Origin: Gammaproteobacteria bacterium
Lineage (GTDB): Bacteria; Pseudomonadota; Gammaproteobacteria; Eutrophobiales; Eutrophobiaceae
DNA length: 64,000 nt
Assembly: GCA_965221695.1 (NCBI GenBank)
Contig: OZ244905.1
Location: 384,001 to 448,000 of the forward strand
Reading direction: 5' to 3'
Of the stretch, positions 47,027 to 60,168 are shown piece after piece. Both the position numbers and the translations under genes were made by a program. Numbering within the stretch: the first letter of the stretch is position 1; each line of letters begins with the position of its first letter. The notes under the pieces are model-generated. The model searched no databases. It worked only from the letters and a program-made list of their open reading frames with translations, and was not told where the DNA came from.

Positions 47027-50000
47027 TTACATACTGCGCCGGTACTGCCCGCCGGTGGCAAAGAAGGCGTCGGTCAATTGGCCCAGGGAACAATAGCGTA
47101 CCGCGTCCATGAGTTCCGCAAACACGTTGTCGTTATTGATCACCGCATCGCGGATGCGTTCCAGGGCGCGTGCCGCTTCGTCCCTGTTCCTGTCTTCAAA
47201 ATCCTGCAAACGCGTTAACTGGCTTTGCTTTTCTTCGTCTGTTGAACGGCTCAACATGGCAACGGAATGTTCATTCTCGTCCGGATTCAGGAATGTATTC
47301 ACGCCGATAATGGGGTAACTGCCGTCGTGCTTCCTGTGCTCGTAATACAAGGATTCATCCTGTATTTTACCTCTCTGGTAACCGGTCTCCATCGCGCCAA
47401 GCACGCCGCCGCGCTCGGAGATGCGCTCGAATTCCCGTAGCACCGCCTGTTCCACCAGGTCGGTCAGTTCCTCAATGATAAACGAACCCTGGCTGGGATT
47501 CTCGTTCATCGCCAGGCCCCATTCCTTGTTGATGATCAACTGGATCGCCAAAGCGCGCCGCACCGAATCTTCGGTGGGCGTGGTCACTGCTTCATCAAAC
47601 GCATTGGTATGCAAGCTGTTGCAGTTGTCGTAGACGGCAATCAGGGCTTGCAAGGTGGTGCGAATATCGTTGAACGCCATCTCCCGGGCATGCAGGGAGC
47701 GTCCGGAGGTCTGGATATGATACTTGAGCCGCTGGCTGCGTTCATCCGCGCCGTACCGGTCCCGCATCGCGACGGCCCAGATACGCCGGGCTACGCGGCC
47801 GAGCACCGTGTACTCCGGGTCCATGCCGTTGGAGAAGAAAAATGACAGGTTGGGGGCGAAATCATCGATATGCATCCCACGGGCAAGGTAGGCTTCGACG
47901 AAGGTAAATCCATTGGCCAGGGTGAAGGCAAGCTGTGAAATCGGGTTCGCGCCGGCTTCAGCGATGTGATAACCGGAAATCGACACCGAATAAAAGTTGC
48001 GGATGTTATTGTCGATGAAGTACTGCTGAATATCTCCCATCATGCGCAGGCTGAATTCAGTGGAAAAAATACAGGTATTCTGGCCCTGGTCTTCCTTCAG
48101 GATATCGGCCTGCACGGTGCCGCGCACATTCTCCAACGCCTGCGTTCTGATGCGGGCGGATTCTTCTGCATCCGGTTCCCGGTCATGTTCCTGTCTGAAT
48201 TTCCGCACCTGCTGGTCGATCGCAGTGTTCAGGAAGAAGGCCAGGATGGCAGGCGCCGGACCGTTGATGGTCATGGAAACGGAGGTATCGGGATCACACA
48301 GGTCAAAGCCTTCATACAAGGCTTCCATGTCATCAAGCGTGGCGATGGATACGCCTGAATTGCCGACCTTGCCGTAGATATCCGGCCGCTCGTCCGGGTT
48401 GAACCCGTATAAGGTCACTGAATCAAACGCGGTTGAGAGGCGCTTGGCGCCGGAATGTTCAGACAGCTTCCTGAAGCGCCGGTTGGTCCTGAATGCGTCT
48501 CCTTCCCCGGCAAACATCCGGGTCGGGTCTTCATTCTCCCGCTTGAACGGGAACACGCCGGCCGTATAAGGGAAATATCCGGGGAGGTTTTCCCGCATCA
48601 GCCAACCCAGCAGTTCGCCATGGTCCGAATAGCGCGGCAGAACAACCCTGGGGATCACGGTTCCGGAGAGCGTCGTGTACGTGGTTTGTGTCCGGAACTC
48701 CCGGTCCCGTACCTTTGTAACAAATTCGTCAGCCTGGTACTGGCCGCTGAGTTCAGGCCAACTATCCAGCAGTTCCTTGCAGCGCGGGTCAAGGCTTTCT
48801 TCTTTCTGTGCGGCCAGACGCGCCAGTTGTTCGCCGGTAGTCGGCTCAACACCGTTGCCTTCGGACTGCAACAGCGCCAGGCTCGCGCGCAGTTGCTGCG
48901 CCTCCCGCGCAATGCCCACCTGCTGGTCTACATGCTGGTGGTAGTCTCGAACGGCGGTGGCAATTTCACCCAGGTAACCCTGGCGCTGTGGCGGAATAAT
49001 AACAGCGCGTTCCCTAGAGGTCTTGTCTGTCACAACAGCCAGGGCGCTCTCGAATTCCGGCAGCCCCTTGTACCTGAGAGCAGGCAACAGTCCCTGGTAT
49101 AAAGCAGTCACCCCGGCATTATTGTATTTTGCGGCAATGGTGCCGTAAACAGGCATATCATCCGGGGCTACTGTGAACTGCTCGCGGTTGCGTTGCAATT
49201 GCTTGGCGACATCCCGGCGAGCGTCCTCGGCGCCCTTGCGATCAAACTTGTTGATAGCCACAGCCTCGGCAAAATCCAGCATATCGATTTTTTCCAGTTG
49301 GCTGGCAGCGCCGAACTCAGGCGTCATCACGTATAAGGGGACATCAACCAGGGAAACAATACCGGCATCCCCCTGTCCAATTCCAGGTGTCTCGACGATA
49401 ACCAGTTCAAATCCGGCCAATTTCACAGCGTTTATGATATCCGGCAGGTATTCCGGAATTTCCTTTGCCGCGTTACGGGTGGCCAGGGAACGCATGAATA
49501 TCGTTTCATGGTAAATCGAGTTCATACGGATGCGGTCACCCAATAACGCGCCACCGGTCTTCCTGCGGGTAGGATCAATCGCCAGCACTGCGATTCTCAG
49601 GCTATCCCGACTGTCCAGGCGAAACCGCAGGATGATTTCATCGGTAAGCGATGATTTGCCGGCGCCACCTGTGCCGGTAATACCCAATACGGGCGTACGG
49701 ATACTCTTTGCTGAGACTTGGCGGTCCAGTTCTGCGCCCAGTTCACGGGTGTAACGGTTGTTTTCAATCGCACTGATCACCCTGGACAGGATAATTTCAT
49801 CTCCGTTCAACAACTCATCCGGTGTAACGGGATGCGCGGTGCAGGTAGCTGCACTGCTCGCATTGAGCATGTCGTCAATCATTCCTTGCAATCCCAGGTT
49901 ATGCCCGTCTTCAGGTGAATAGATGCGCTGTACACCGTAATCCTGCAATTCACGTATCTCATCCGGAATAATCACACCACCACCGCCACCGAATACCTTG

Positions 50001-50290
50001 ATATGCCCGGCGCCGTGCTCCCGAAGCATATCCACCATGTATTTGAAATATTCCACGTGTCCGCCCTGGTACGAGCTGACGGCAATACCTTGTACGTCTT
50101 CCTGCAGGGCTGTTCTTACAATCTCGTACACGGAACGGTTATGTCCCAGGTGGATTACCTCGGCCCCGGACTGCTGCAGGATACGCCTGATGATATTGAT
50201 GGATGCGTCGTGACCGTCAAACAGGCTGGCCGCAGTGACAAAGCGCGGTGCCGTCACAGACTGTTTGGTTTCAGATGTGGTAGTCGCCAT
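47027..50290 (-). CDS. icmF: Fused isobutyryl-CoA mutase / MeaI GTPase
   Basis: [10 protein letters not shown] (B12-binding), [17 protein letters not shown] and [13 protein letters not shown]. Confidence 0.95.
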   Translation of the reverse strand: MATTTSETKQSVTAPRFVTAASLFDGHDASINIIRRILQQSGAEVIHLGHNRSVYEIVRTALQEDVQGIAVSSYQGGHVEYFKYMVDMLREHGAGHIKVFGGGGGVIIPDEIRELQDYGVQRIYSPEDGHNLGLQGMIDDMLNASSAATCTAHPVTPDELLNGDEIILSRVISAIENNRYTRELGAELDRQVSAKSIRTPVLGITGTGGAGKSSLTDEIILRFRLDSRDSLRIAVLAIDPTRRKTGGALLGDRIRMNSIYHETIFMRSLATRNAAKEIPEYLPDIINAVKLAGFELVIVETPGIGQGDAGIVSLVDVPLYVMTPEFGAASQLEKIDMLDFAEAVAINKFDRKGAEDARRDVAKQLQRNREQFTVAPDDMPVYGTIAAKYNNAGVTALYQGLLPALRYKGLPEFESALAVVTDKTSRERAVIIPPQRQGYLGEIATAVRDYHQHVDQQVGIAREAQQLRASLALLQSEGNGVEPTTGEQLARLAAQKEESLDPRCKELLDSWPELSGQYQADEFVTKVRDREFRTQTTYTTLSGTVIPRVVLPRYSDHGELLGWLMRENLPGYFPYTAGVFPFKRENEDPTRMFAGEGDAFRTNRRFRKLSEHSGAKRLSTAFDSVTLYGFNPDERPDIYGKVGNSGVSIATLDDMEALYEGFDLCDPDTSVSMTINGPAPAILAFFLNTAIDQQVRKFRQEHDREPDAEESARIRTQALENVRGTVQADILKEDQGQNTCIFSTEFSLRMMGDIQQYFIDNNIRNFYSVSISGYHIAEAGANPISQLAFTLANGFTFVEAYLARGMHIDDFAPNLSFFFSNGMDPEYTVLGRVARRIWAVAMRDRYGADERSQRLKYHIQTSGRSLHAREMAFNDIRTTLQALIAVYDNCNSLHTNAFDEAVTTPTEDSVRRALAIQLIINKEWGLAMNENPSQGSFIIEELTDLVEQAVLREFERISERGGVLGAMETGYQRGKIQDESLYYEHRKHDGSYPIIGVNTFLNPDENEHSVAMLSRSTDEEKQSQLTRLQDFEDRNRDEAARALERIRDAVINNDNVFAELMDAVRYCSLGQLTDAFFATGGQYRRSM

Positions 50291-50326
50291 TGTTATTTGC
50301 AATATGAGCTTGGATACATTATAATT

Positions 50327-50342
50327 ACGTTTACGTAAACGT
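50327..50342. promoter_or_regulatory. LiuR operator overlapping the icmF promoter
   Basis: Perfect palindrome ACGTTTACGTAAACGT within TTGACG...TATAAT (minus strand). Confidence 0.8.
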
Positions 50343-50375
50343 CAATCAATATTCTTGAGAATCATCAGTTACATC

Positions 50376-50804
50376 ATGTCTATAGATACAGATAAAGTCG
50401 ATATTTCAGTTAGTTACAGGCGTAAATTGTATTCAATTTCAGATATGTCTAAAGAGTTCGACATCACCACCCGCACCATCCGGTTCTACGAAGACGCCGG
50501 TTTGTTGAGTCCGCTCAGAGAAGGACGCAGGCGTTATTATTCCGTCAGGGACCGCACTCGACTGAAGTTGATATTGCGTGGCAAGCGCCTGGGATTTTCC
50601 CTGAATGAGATAGGAGAGATGTTCCGGTTGTATGATTCAGAGCCAGGCGAGGTTGCACAGTTGAATCACATACTGGACAAGATAACGGATAAGATGAACC
50701 TGCTGGAGAGACAACTGGAAGACATACGGATCGTCATGCAGGAATTACAGGAATTCAAACAGCAATGCCGGCAACGACTGGAACAGATGACACCAGATAA
50801 ATAG
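50376..50804 (+). CDS. liuR: MerR-family regulator
   Basis: YSISDMSKEFDITTRTIRFYED and RLKLILRGKRLGFSL; divergent from icmF, with its operator. Confidence 0.82.
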   Translation: MSIDTDKVDISVSYRRKLYSISDMSKEFDITTRTIRFYEDAGLLSPLREGRRRYYSVRDRTRLKLILRGKRLGFSLNEIGEMFRLYDSEPGEVAQLNHILDKITDKMNLLERQLEDIRIVMQELQEFKQQCRQRLEQMTPDK

Positions 50805-50870
50805 TATAATCAGTCTTAATCCAAGTCAAATAAAGTCAGAGTTTGCTTAAATTAATGCGTTCAACCAGTT

Positions 50871-52490
50871 ATGAAAGCGAATAATTACAACATGCAGAAC
50901 TACCAGGAAACATACGCTGCGTTTCAATGGGAGCGTCCGAAAAAATACAATTTCGCGCGTGATGTGATCGATCGTTGGGACCCTGAAATGACCGCGCTGT
51001 TTTGGGTGGATGATACGGGCGCCGAAATCACCAGGAGTTTTGGTGATATCAGCGACGCATCGAAACGGTTATGCAACGTGCTGACTGCGGCCGGTGTCCG
51101 CAGAGGTGATACGGTGATCGTGATGCTGCCCAGGGTCATACCCTGGTGGGAAACCTTTACCGCCACCTTGCGTATGGGCGCAGTGATATCGCCGGGCACC
51201 GTGCAGCTCTCGGAAAAAGACCTGGAATACCGGATTAACGCGTCGAAGGCCACTTGCGTGATTACCGACAGCGCCAACGCCGGTAAGGTGGAGGCAGTAG
51301 CTGACCGCTGCCCTACCCTGATCGCGCGTATTGTCACAGACGGACGGCGAGAAGGCTGGATCGACTATCAAGAGGCCGTTTCACTCGCAGCGTCCGTGTT
51401 TGAGACCGCCGATACGGCAGCGGAGGATGAGGCCATTTGTTATTTCACTTCAGGCACTACCGGTTATCCCAAGATGTGCATCCATACCCACAGTTACGCG
51501 ATAGGACACAGGATAACCGGTGAATTGTGGCTGGACTTGAAACCTGACGATTTGCACTGGAATGTCAGCGATACCGGCTGGGGCAAGGCCGCATACAGCA
51601 GTTACTTCGGTCCCTGGTTATGCGGCGCGACGTTGTTTATCCATCATACGACCGGGTTCAACGCGCAACGCACCCTGGAACTGCTGGAAAAGTATCCGGT
51701 TACCACATTTTGCGGCGCGCCGACCATTTACCGCCTGCTGGTACTGGAGGATCTCGACCGTTACGATTTCACGACGCTGCGGCATTGCACCGGGGCTGGC
51801 GAACCACTTAACCCTGAAATCATCGAAACCTGGAACAAAGCGACCGGCCTGACAATCCGCGACGGTTACGGGCAAACTGAGTCCGTGATTCTCTGCGCAA
51901 GCTTCCCCTGCCTCGAACCCAGGCCCGGTTCCATGGGCATGCCGTCGCCGGGTGTCGACCTGCAAGTAATCAATGATGCCGGAGATATCCTGGCAGCACA
52001 CGAGGAAGGAGACATCGCCGTGCGTATCCGGCCTGAGGCGCCCCAGGGATTTTTCCGCGAGTACCGCAACGATCCCGAACGCACCGCGGCAACGCGTCGG
52101 GACGACTGGTACGTGACCGGCGATCGCGCCTACCGCGATGAAGACGGTTATTTCTGGTTCGTGAGCCGCGCGGATGACGTGATCCTGTCGGCGGGCTACC
52201 GCATCGGTCCTTTCGAGGTGGAGAGCGCATTGATCGAACATCCTGCGGTCGCAGAGTCGGCGGTCGTCTCCAGTCCGGACCAGACCCGGGGTGAAGTGGT
52301 CAAGGCTTTCGTGATCCTGGCTCCCGGCCACAACGCATCCAGCGAGCTGAAGCAGGAACTCCAGGAGCATGTAAAACAGGTTACCGCGCCCTACAAGTAC
52401 CCGCGCAGGATCGAGTTTGTCGATTCCCTGCCCAAGACCGTCAGCGGCAAGATCCGCCGGGTGGAACTCCGTGAGCGGGAATGGGGTTGA
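50871..52490 (+). CDS. Medium-chain acyl-CoA synthetase
   Basis: YFTSGTTGYPK, GYGQTE, TGD and PKTVSGKI motifs. Confidence 0.92.
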   Translation: MKANNYNMQNYQETYAAFQWERPKKYNFARDVIDRWDPEMTALFWVDDTGAEITRSFGDISDASKRLCNVLTAAGVRRGDTVIVMLPRVIPWWETFTATLRMGAVISPGTVQLSEKDLEYRINASKATCVITDSANAGKVEAVADRCPTLIARIVTDGRREGWIDYQEAVSLAASVFETADTAAEDEAICYFTSGTTGYPKMCIHTHSYAIGHRITGELWLDLKPDDLHWNVSDTGWGKAAYSSYFGPWLCGATLFIHHTTGFNAQRTLELLEKYPVTTFCGAPTIYRLLVLEDLDRYDFTTLRHCTGAGEPLNPEIIETWNKATGLTIRDGYGQTESVILCASFPCLEPRPGSMGMPSPGVDLQVINDAGDILAAHEEGDIAVRIRPEAPQGFFREYRNDPERTAATRRDDWYVTGDRAYRDEDGYFWFVSRADDVILSAGYRIGPFEVESALIEHPAVAESAVVSSPDQTRGEVVKAFVILAPGHNASSELKQELQEHVKQVTAPYKYPRRIEFVDSLPKTVSGKIRRVELREREWG

Positions 52491-53978
52491 ATGCGAGCTG
52501 ATACGATAGATGAGGTGGCGCCGGCAACCAGACAGGCGCTGATCAGCGGGCTGCGGGAAATTCTGCCCCATGAATGCGTGATTATTGATGAGGCGGCGTT
52601 ACGCGCCTACGAGACAGACGCCCTCAGCGCGTACCGGCAGCCGCCGATGCTGGCCGTGTTGCCGGAAACGACAGCACAGGTCGCAGACGTGCTGAAATTG
52701 TGCAACAACCTGAATGTCAAGGTAGTGCCCAGGGGCGCCGGCACCTCCTTGTCCGGCGGCGCCCTGCCTCTTGCGGATGGCATTGTTCTTGGCCTGGGCA
52801 AGTTCAACAGGATTCTCGAAGTGGATTTCGATAACCGTTGCGTGGTCGCCCAATCAGGTGTGACCAACCTGGCGATCACCGAAGCTGTCGCCCACAGGGG
52901 GTTTTACTACGCCCCGGACCCATCGAGTCAGATCGTCTGTACCATCGGCGGGAACGTCAGTGAAAATTCAGGCGGCGTGCATTGCCTGAAGTACGGGCTG
53001 ACGACGAATAACGTGATGGGGCTGGAAATGGTCACCATCGAAGGAGAGATCCTCCGCCTGGGAGGCAAATACCTGGATCCGGAAGGGTATGACCTGCTCG
53101 GCATCGTTACCGGGTCCGAAGGATTGCTGGGGGTGATCACGGAAGTAACGGTCAGGATCATACGGGAACCGCAGTCGGCCCGGGCCATGCTGATCGGTTT
53201 TCCCGACAATGAAAATGCCGGAGAGTGCGTAGCCGGTATCATCAGCGCCGGCATCATTCCCGCCGGCATAGAGATGATGGATGAATTTGCGATCAAGGCC
53301 GCAGAGGACTTTGTTCATGCCGGCTATCCGGTGCACTGCCCTGCCCTGGTGCTTACGGAACTGGACGGTCCCGAGGCTGAGGTGACTGAGTTGGTAGAAC
53401 AGGTCCGGCATATTGCCGAAGACTGCGGGGCGAACTTCATCAGGGTAAGCGAATCCGAAGAGGAACGCGCGCGTATCTGGGCCGGCAGGAAGGCGGCTTT
53501 CCCGGCATTGGGAGACATATCGCCCGATTACTATTGCATGGATGGCACCATACCCCGACGCGAACTTGCCCATGTGCTGACCCGGATACGGGAACTGTCG
53601 GACCACTACGGCCTGCGTGTCGCCAATGTGTTCCACGCCGGCGACGGCAACCTGCACCCGCTGATCCTGTTCGATGCAAATGACCGCGTAGAACTGGAAA
53701 AAGCCGAACAGTTCGGCGCAGATATCCTGCGCCTGTGTGTTCAGGTCGGCGGTGTGCTCAGCGGCGAACATGGCATCGGTGTCGAGAAACGGGAGCTGAT
53801 GCCCACGATGTTCAATGAGCAAGACCTGCAACAGCAACAGCGGGTCAAGTGCGCGTTTGACCCGGCGGGCCGGCTCAACCCCGGCAAGGTCTTCCCGGTA
53901 CTCCACCGTTGTGCGGAACTCGGAAAGCTGCATGTGCACAAGGGTAATATTCCTTTTCCTGACATACCCAGGTTTTGA
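52491..53978 (+). CDS. glcD: Glycolate oxidase subunit D
   Basis: PRGAGTSLSGG, PDPSS, HAGDGNLHP and GEHGIG motifs. Confidence 0.9.
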   Translation: MRADTIDEVAPATRQALISGLREILPHECVIIDEAALRAYETDALSAYRQPPMLAVLPETTAQVADVLKLCNNLNVKVVPRGAGTSLSGGALPLADGIVLGLGKFNRILEVDFDNRCVVAQSGVTNLAITEAVAHRGFYYAPDPSSQIVCTIGGNVSENSGGVHCLKYGLTTNNVMGLEMVTIEGEILRLGGKYLDPEGYDLLGIVTGSEGLLGVITEVTVRIIREPQSARAMLIGFPDNENAGECVAGIISAGIIPAGIEMMDEFAIKAAEDFVHAGYPVHCPALVLTELDGPEAEVTELVEQVRHIAEDCGANFIRVSESEEERARIWAGRKAAFPALGDISPDYYCMDGTIPRRELAHVLTRIRELSDHYGLRVANVFHAGDGNLHPLILFDANDRVELEKAEQFGADILRLCVQVGGVLSGEHGIGVEKRELMPTMFNEQDLQQQQRVKCAFDPAGRLNPGKVFPVLHRCAELGKLHVHKGNIPFPDIPRF

Positions 53979-54056
53979 TTATTTACCTGCTGATGACCAG
54001 AACTCTGTACGCCCCGATCGCCCGTAAATTTTGGCACAGACCAGGGCAGTCCCCCG

Positions 54057-54085
54057 TACCACTCCCGCGGAAGCGGGAGTCCAGT
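54057..54085. repeat. REP-like element (CATTCCCGCG.AAGCGGGAATCCAG type)
   Basis: ACTCCCGCGGAAGCGGGAGTCCAG; related copies near 26652 and 33403. Confidence 0.55.
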
Positions 54086-54120
54086 CTAATACTGTGTCGC
54101 CTGCAAGGCGAACCTTACAG

Positions 54121-55344
54121 ATGAACGAGCATTTCTATCCGGAAACAGAACAACAGGCTCATGATCTGGTGCGCTGGGTTGTTGCCGAGGATAAAACCAT
54201 CTCGATCCAGGGAAAAAATACCAAGCAGGGCTTCGGTTTGCAGGTCAATGCGGATTGTGTGATGGGCATGGAAAGACTTTCCGGGATACTGGAATACCAC
54301 CCTGAAGAACTGGTCATGACCGCCCTGCCCGGCACCCCGCTGGCCGAGATAACCGGCGCGTTGTCAAAACATAACCAGTACCTGGCCTTTGAGCCACCAG
54401 CATTGAACAGGATGTACCATGTCGATGACGAAGGCACTATAGGTGGCGTTTTCATCGGCAACCTGGCCGGTCCGCGCCGGTTCAAGACGGGCGGCGCACG
54501 GGATCATATCCTCGGGGTCAGGGCGATCAACGGGCGCGGAGAGATATGGAAATCCGGCGGCAAGGTGATCAAGAACGTCAGCGGTTACGACATGAGCAAA
54601 CTGCTTGCCGGCTCCTGGGGCACCTTGTCAGTAGTCACAGAACTGACGTTCAAGGTTCTGCCGGCGCCGGCGGTATCACGCAGTCTTGCCGTATGGGGGT
54701 TGTCGGCACGCCTGGGGTCGGCCTTGCTGGCGCAGGCAATTTCCACACCCTGTGAGCCATCCGGACTGGCATATCTCCCCGCTGAGACGCTGAGCACAAC
54801 CGGGAAAGATGATATATCCAAACCCGGCGAGTCCCTGACACTGATCCGGCTGGAAGGAACGGAACTGTCCGTCAACGAACGCATGCAATCCATCAGGAAA
54901 TGGCTTCCCGGCCCCAGTCAGTACAGCATTTTCGAACAAGCAGAGTCGCTATCAGCGTGGGAATGGATCGGCGATGCAAGACTGCTGGCCGATCAAAAAC
55001 GGACTCCATCCATCATGAAGATTTCACTCCCCCCGGCATCTGCGTGGAATTTGACCCGCTTCATCGATGAATTGAACGGATGTCTATGGTACCTGGACGC
55101 AGCCGGTGGCTGGATATGGGTGGGTATCTGCCATGCCGGCGGGGAGGACAAACTGCAAACCATCAGGCGGGAAGTCAACACCCTGGGCGGCGCTGCTATC
55201 TTGTATCGCGCCCCTGAGGCCATGAAGCAACGTACCGGCATCTATTCCTTCGCGGACTCATCCGTCAAACGCATGAACGGAAAAATAAAGGCCGGTTTTG
55301 ATCCGGGCAATATCTTCAACCCGGGCAGACTCCATGCGCACTGA
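54121..55344 (+). CDS. glcE: Glycolate oxidase FAD-binding subunit E
   Basis: GTIGG..GNLAGPRR, GGKVIKNVSGYDM and FDPGNIFNPGR. Confidence 0.9.
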   Translation: MNEHFYPETEQQAHDLVRWVVAEDKTISIQGKNTKQGFGLQVNADCVMGMERLSGILEYHPEELVMTALPGTPLAEITGALSKHNQYLAFEPPALNRMYHVDDEGTIGGVFIGNLAGPRRFKTGGARDHILGVRAINGRGEIWKSGGKVIKNVSGYDMSKLLAGSWGTLSVVTELTFKVLPAPAVSRSLAVWGLSARLGSALLAQAISTPCEPSGLAYLPAETLSTTGKDDISKPGESLTLIRLEGTELSVNERMQSIRKWLPGPSQYSIFEQAESLSAWEWIGDARLLADQKRTPSIMKISLPPASAWNLTRFIDELNGCLWYLDAAGGWIWVGICHAGGEDKLQTIRREVNTLGGAAILYRAPEAMKQRTGIYSFADSSVKRMNGKIKAGFDPGNIFNPGRLHAH

Positions 55345-56599
55345 ATTCTCGGCAACGCAACTGGCAGACCCCGTACTGGATGAAGCCAACAGCATCCTGC
55401 GCAAATGCGTGCACTGTGGATTTTGCAACGCCACCTGCCCTACCTTCAAGCTGATAGGCGATGAACTGGATGGGCCGCGCGGGCGCATCTACCTGCTGAA
55501 AAACCTGCTGGAACAGCAAGCGGAGCCCTCTGCAGAAGTCGTGAAACACATAGACCGCTGCCTATCGTGCCTGTCCTGTATGTCTACCTGCCCTTCCGGT
55601 GTGAATTACAAGCGCCTGGTGGATACGGGGCGCGGGTATATCGAGGAAAAATTCAGCCGCCCGCTCCCGGACAGGCTATTGCGCAAACTGCTGGTCTCAA
55701 CCCTGCCCTACCCGAACCGGTTCCGCCTGCTGTTTAACCTGTCCCGGTTGCTTTTACCCCTCCGGCGACTGCTGCCAACGCGGCTTCGTAGCGCGGTGAA
55801 TCTTCGCCCTCCGGCCGCGACCAGGAACAGCAACCGGACTGAAGGCCCAGACAGCGCCGCTAACGCAGTCGGCCTGATCGGCGGTTGTGTGCAGCAGGTA
55901 ATGGGCCGTCACATCAATTCTGCCAGCGCGCGCGTGCTGGAACGGCACGGCTGGCGTGTGCACCTGCTCACGGAACCGGCCTGTTGCGGCGCAGTCGAAC
56001 ACCACCTCGGCAAGACTGCTCTGGCGCACCGCCGTTTCAGAAACAACATCGCCGATTGGCTGAGGCAAATTGATGAACTGGGCCTACAAGCGTTGATCGT
56101 CAATGCATCCGGCTGCGGCACCATGATCAAGGACTACGGGTACCTGTTCCGGCACGATGCGGAACTGGCCGCCGGCGCGGAAAAAATCAGCGCCATGACC
56201 CGTGACATCACGGAATTCCTGCCCGTTCAGCACAGCGCCAACGGTAATGGTGAGCACGCACAGGTCCGCATCGCCTACCAAAGTCCCTGTTCCATGCAAC
56301 ATGGCCAGAAGATTGACCGGCAACCCATGACCCTGCTGGAACAAGCCGGCTTCACGGTGCGGGAACTCCCAGAGAAATACATGTGCTGCGGCTCTGCCGG
56401 CGCCTATAATATCCTGCAACCGGACATTGCAACGGAACTCGGCCAAAGAAAGGCCGCGCATATCGATCAAGCAAACGTGGACGCAGTCGCCAGCGGTAAC
56501 CTGGCCTGCATGATGCACCTGCGCCAGTTCACCAATGTTCCCTTTGTACATACTGTGGAACTGCTCGATTGGGCGACAGGAGGCCCGAAACCGTTTTAG
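55334..56599 (+). CDS. glcF: Glycolate oxidase iron-sulfur subunit F
   Basis: CVHCGFCNATCP and CLSCLSCMSTCP ferredoxin motifs; CCG domains. Confidence 0.92.
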   Translation: MRTEFSATQLADPVLDEANSILRKCVHCGFCNATCPTFKLIGDELDGPRGRIYLLKNLLEQQAEPSAEVVKHIDRCLSCLSCMSTCPSGVNYKRLVDTGRGYIEEKFSRPLPDRLLRKLLVSTLPYPNRFRLLFNLSRLLLPLRRLLPTRLRSAVNLRPPAATRNSNRTEGPDSAANAVGLIGGCVQQVMGRHINSASARVLERHGWRVHLLTEPACCGAVEHHLGKTALAHRRFRNNIADWLRQIDELGLQALIVNASGCGTMIKDYGYLFRHDAELAAGAEKISAMTRDITEFLPVQHSANGNGEHAQVRIAYQSPCSMQHGQKIDRQPMTLLEQAGFTVRELPEKYMCCGSAGAYNILQPDIATELGQRKAAHIDQANVDAVASGNLACMMHLRQFTNVPFVHTVELLDWATGGPKPF

Positions 56600-56674
56600 G
56601 GATCCTCTGGGAGATTAAGTCAGAGCTTCCTTAAGCCCCCCATCGCGGGCAGTGCCCCCTGCCCATTGATGTAA

Positions 56675-56698
56675 ATGGTGCCCAGGGCCGGACTTGAA
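56675..56698 (-). repeat. att site: duplicate of the tRNA-Leu 3' end
   Basis: ATGGTGCCCAGGGCCGGACTTGAA vs 60168-60191 (1 mismatch). Confidence 0.9.
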
Positions 56699-57005
56699 AG
56701 TAAGCCATAACTAATTGTTTAGTAGGTTCTTTTATAAGCTATTGGTTCTTAATACCGCCATATATACCGACAACGTTATAAGTAGGATTTGAGCCTTAAC
56801 CAAATTTTTTGATCCGAGTCCTTTTGCTCAGATAAAAGGGTGTAAAGAATGTGAAGCCCGCCCGAACAGCCCCATAGATGGGAGCTAAAAGCCAGAAATT
56901 CTCAAATAACGTTTAGCTAGAGACTATACGTTTCAGGTCAGATGCAAATTTAACGAGCTTAGAGTTTGAACCGCCCCGGGAATCCCGGAGACTCGTTAGT
57001 TTGAG

Positions 57006-58225
<1,220 letters not shown>

Positions 58226-58889
58226 TGCTCCATCCTCTCAAGAAATGGAGCCTCCGGCAAATCCGGGGCGGTTCAGTTTACACTTTCAATATCAGTTACT
58301 AATTCCTCATATTGCCCATATTTCTGTTGTAATTCTTGGGGAGTGATACCAGTTTTGTCTTGCTCGTCATACCACGCCCTGAATTTTGCTTGCCATTCTG
58401 TCAGGTGGGGACGAAGTCCATCGTTCAAAACATTTAAGGCGACGTCTGTCAGATGCTCAATGCTTCCTTTATCTACACCATGCAGTTTCTCTACAGGAAT
58501 GTCTCTTATCAGCTCTCGAACAACTCCAAATAGTGTGTACCAAGAGTCGTACACCTGAACTATTACATCTTTTTCACGCTCAAATGGTAGTGCTGCTTTG
58601 CGAGTCACCAGCTCAGTCCAAATTTGATGGGCTATCAGTTTTTCTTGATAATTTGCGGTGATCTCAACAGTGCCTGTATTGAATGGCATATTTATGGTAA
58701 TGGTACCGGCTTGACGATTTCGCACTTTCCGAAAAAAAATCCACCAAACTATGCCGATAACGATCAATATAATTGCCACTGCAACCAAGCTGATGGTGAT
58801 ATTTAAGTCCAGGCCATCAATATTTATTGCAAGTAAATTAATGTCTAGCAAGTAGGGTAAATTTTTACCAGACTCTATCCCTTTAGCGT

Positions 58890-59483
58890 TCAATGAGTTA
58901 CTCCACAAACATCACACTTACGATTATAACTCCACATATCTCCAGGATTAGAAATCAAATTTGATCTAGTCGCTCTGGAAACGAATGCATCCTCAATCCA
59001 AGATCTGAGCTCCTGAGCGCTAGATGGGTATTTATAGCAACGCGCATAACAGCCACTGTTCGTATCATGCCAGTTAAGAGCCAAGCGCTCAGGTATATAT
59101 GCTCTACCGTAAGTGCTTGGCAACCCGATACCTATTAATCCGTGTGGCAATTGGCCGCCTAAACCGCCTCGTTGTAAAGATGCCTTAATTTCCCAGTCCA
59201 CATATCTCCTGCTATGGGTGCAAGTTCCTATCAAAACTATCATCACCGTAGAGTGGCCAAAATGCCGACTTCGAATAGCCTGCATGACGTAATTAGGGTT
59301 AGTGCTATTGATAATATCAGTTCCATAGCTCTGATAGGAATTAAGCATCACCGGAGTAAAGACATGCCTGAAGTCGTTGACGAAGTTGTCGACTTCAATC
59401 TGATCACCGTGGTAGTAAGAAATAAAGCAATTGCGCTTTGTTATCTGAAGGCCAGACAAACCGCTGTTGAGTAGTCCAGCCAC
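58890..59483 (-). CDS. ThsB-like TIR-domain protein (DUF1863/MTH538 type)
   Basis: CFISYYH, STVMIVLIG..T..RRYVDWEIKAS (catalytic Glu), PERL..N; GTG start after GGAG. Confidence 0.85.
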   Translation of the reverse strand: MAGLLNSGLSGLQITKRNCFISYYHGDQIEVDNFVNDFRHVFTPVMLNSYQSYGTDIINSTNPNYVMQAIRSRHFGHSTVMIVLIGTCTHSRRYVDWEIKASLQRGGLGGQLPHGLIGIGLPSTYGRAYIPERLALNWHDTNSGCYARCYKYPSSAQELRSWIEDAFVSRATRSNLISNPGDMWSYNRKCDVCGVTH

Positions 59484-59564
59484 AATAGTCTCCAATAGTA
59501 ATTTTTCTGTTAACAGGAATCGACTTCTCCAGAATATGGGGACAAACGGGCAAAATTACAACAG

Positions 59565-59583
59565 TGAACCGCCCCGGATTTGC
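59565..59583 (+). mobile_element. Solo left-end fragment of the same IS3 element
   Basis: TGAACCGCCCCGGATTTGC is the reverse complement of 58257-58275. Confidence 0.85.
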
Positions 59584-60033
59584 AGTCAGATTCAAACTTC
59601 AGAGAGCTTATTCCCCATAGGCATTTTATACCTGTATCTGAATATACATGGGAACGAGGTGGTGTCGATTACTCAATTGAAAATACCTTATCAATTTATC
59701 TACCAGCCAAAGAACTTATCGACGAACTAGGATTAAAAAGATCCTAATAATTTTGGTAGCTGGTGCTCAGGCCAGCAAGAAGTCTTTGTCGATCCGAGCC
59801 TAAATGAATATGGTCCCAGCTACGCTTTGATACGTGAAAGTGTGTTGAAAGAGTGGATGGCAAAACATGGGCTGCAAATTATCTGGTTAATTGGGGGGGA
59901 AAAGCAGTTATTCCCGTCAAACTTAGACCCAAGTGGATTTTTTGGGAGGCTAACATTTAACGGTGTTTATAGGTTGGAAAACGATCGTCCAGTAGGAAAC
60001 TTATATTTTGAAATAGATAAACGTGTGAATTGA
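59583..60033 (+). pseudogene. Frameshifted C-terminal remnant of a large protein resembling STAND/Avs-type ATPase C-termini
   Basis: EYTWE..DYS..SIYLP..LI..LGL / G.W...VFVDPS...GPSYALIR..L..W....L..IW..GGEK; family assigned from memory. Confidence 0.5.
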
Positions 60034-60168
60034 CTGCAATTTTTGAATGGGAATATAGAAGAACAGAATAGAATGTGCACACGAGAATTAGTTTTGCGGA
60101 AAAATACCTTATAAATAATTGCTTACGAGTTCTTATAGGATAATACTGGAACCAGATAAACGGATGTA

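Noticed and set aside
29927-53939. Long antisense ORFs (e.g. 29927-31027, 51618-52571, 52968-53939)
   Set aside because: They are shadows of well-supported GC-rich genes on the opposite strand and have no motifs.
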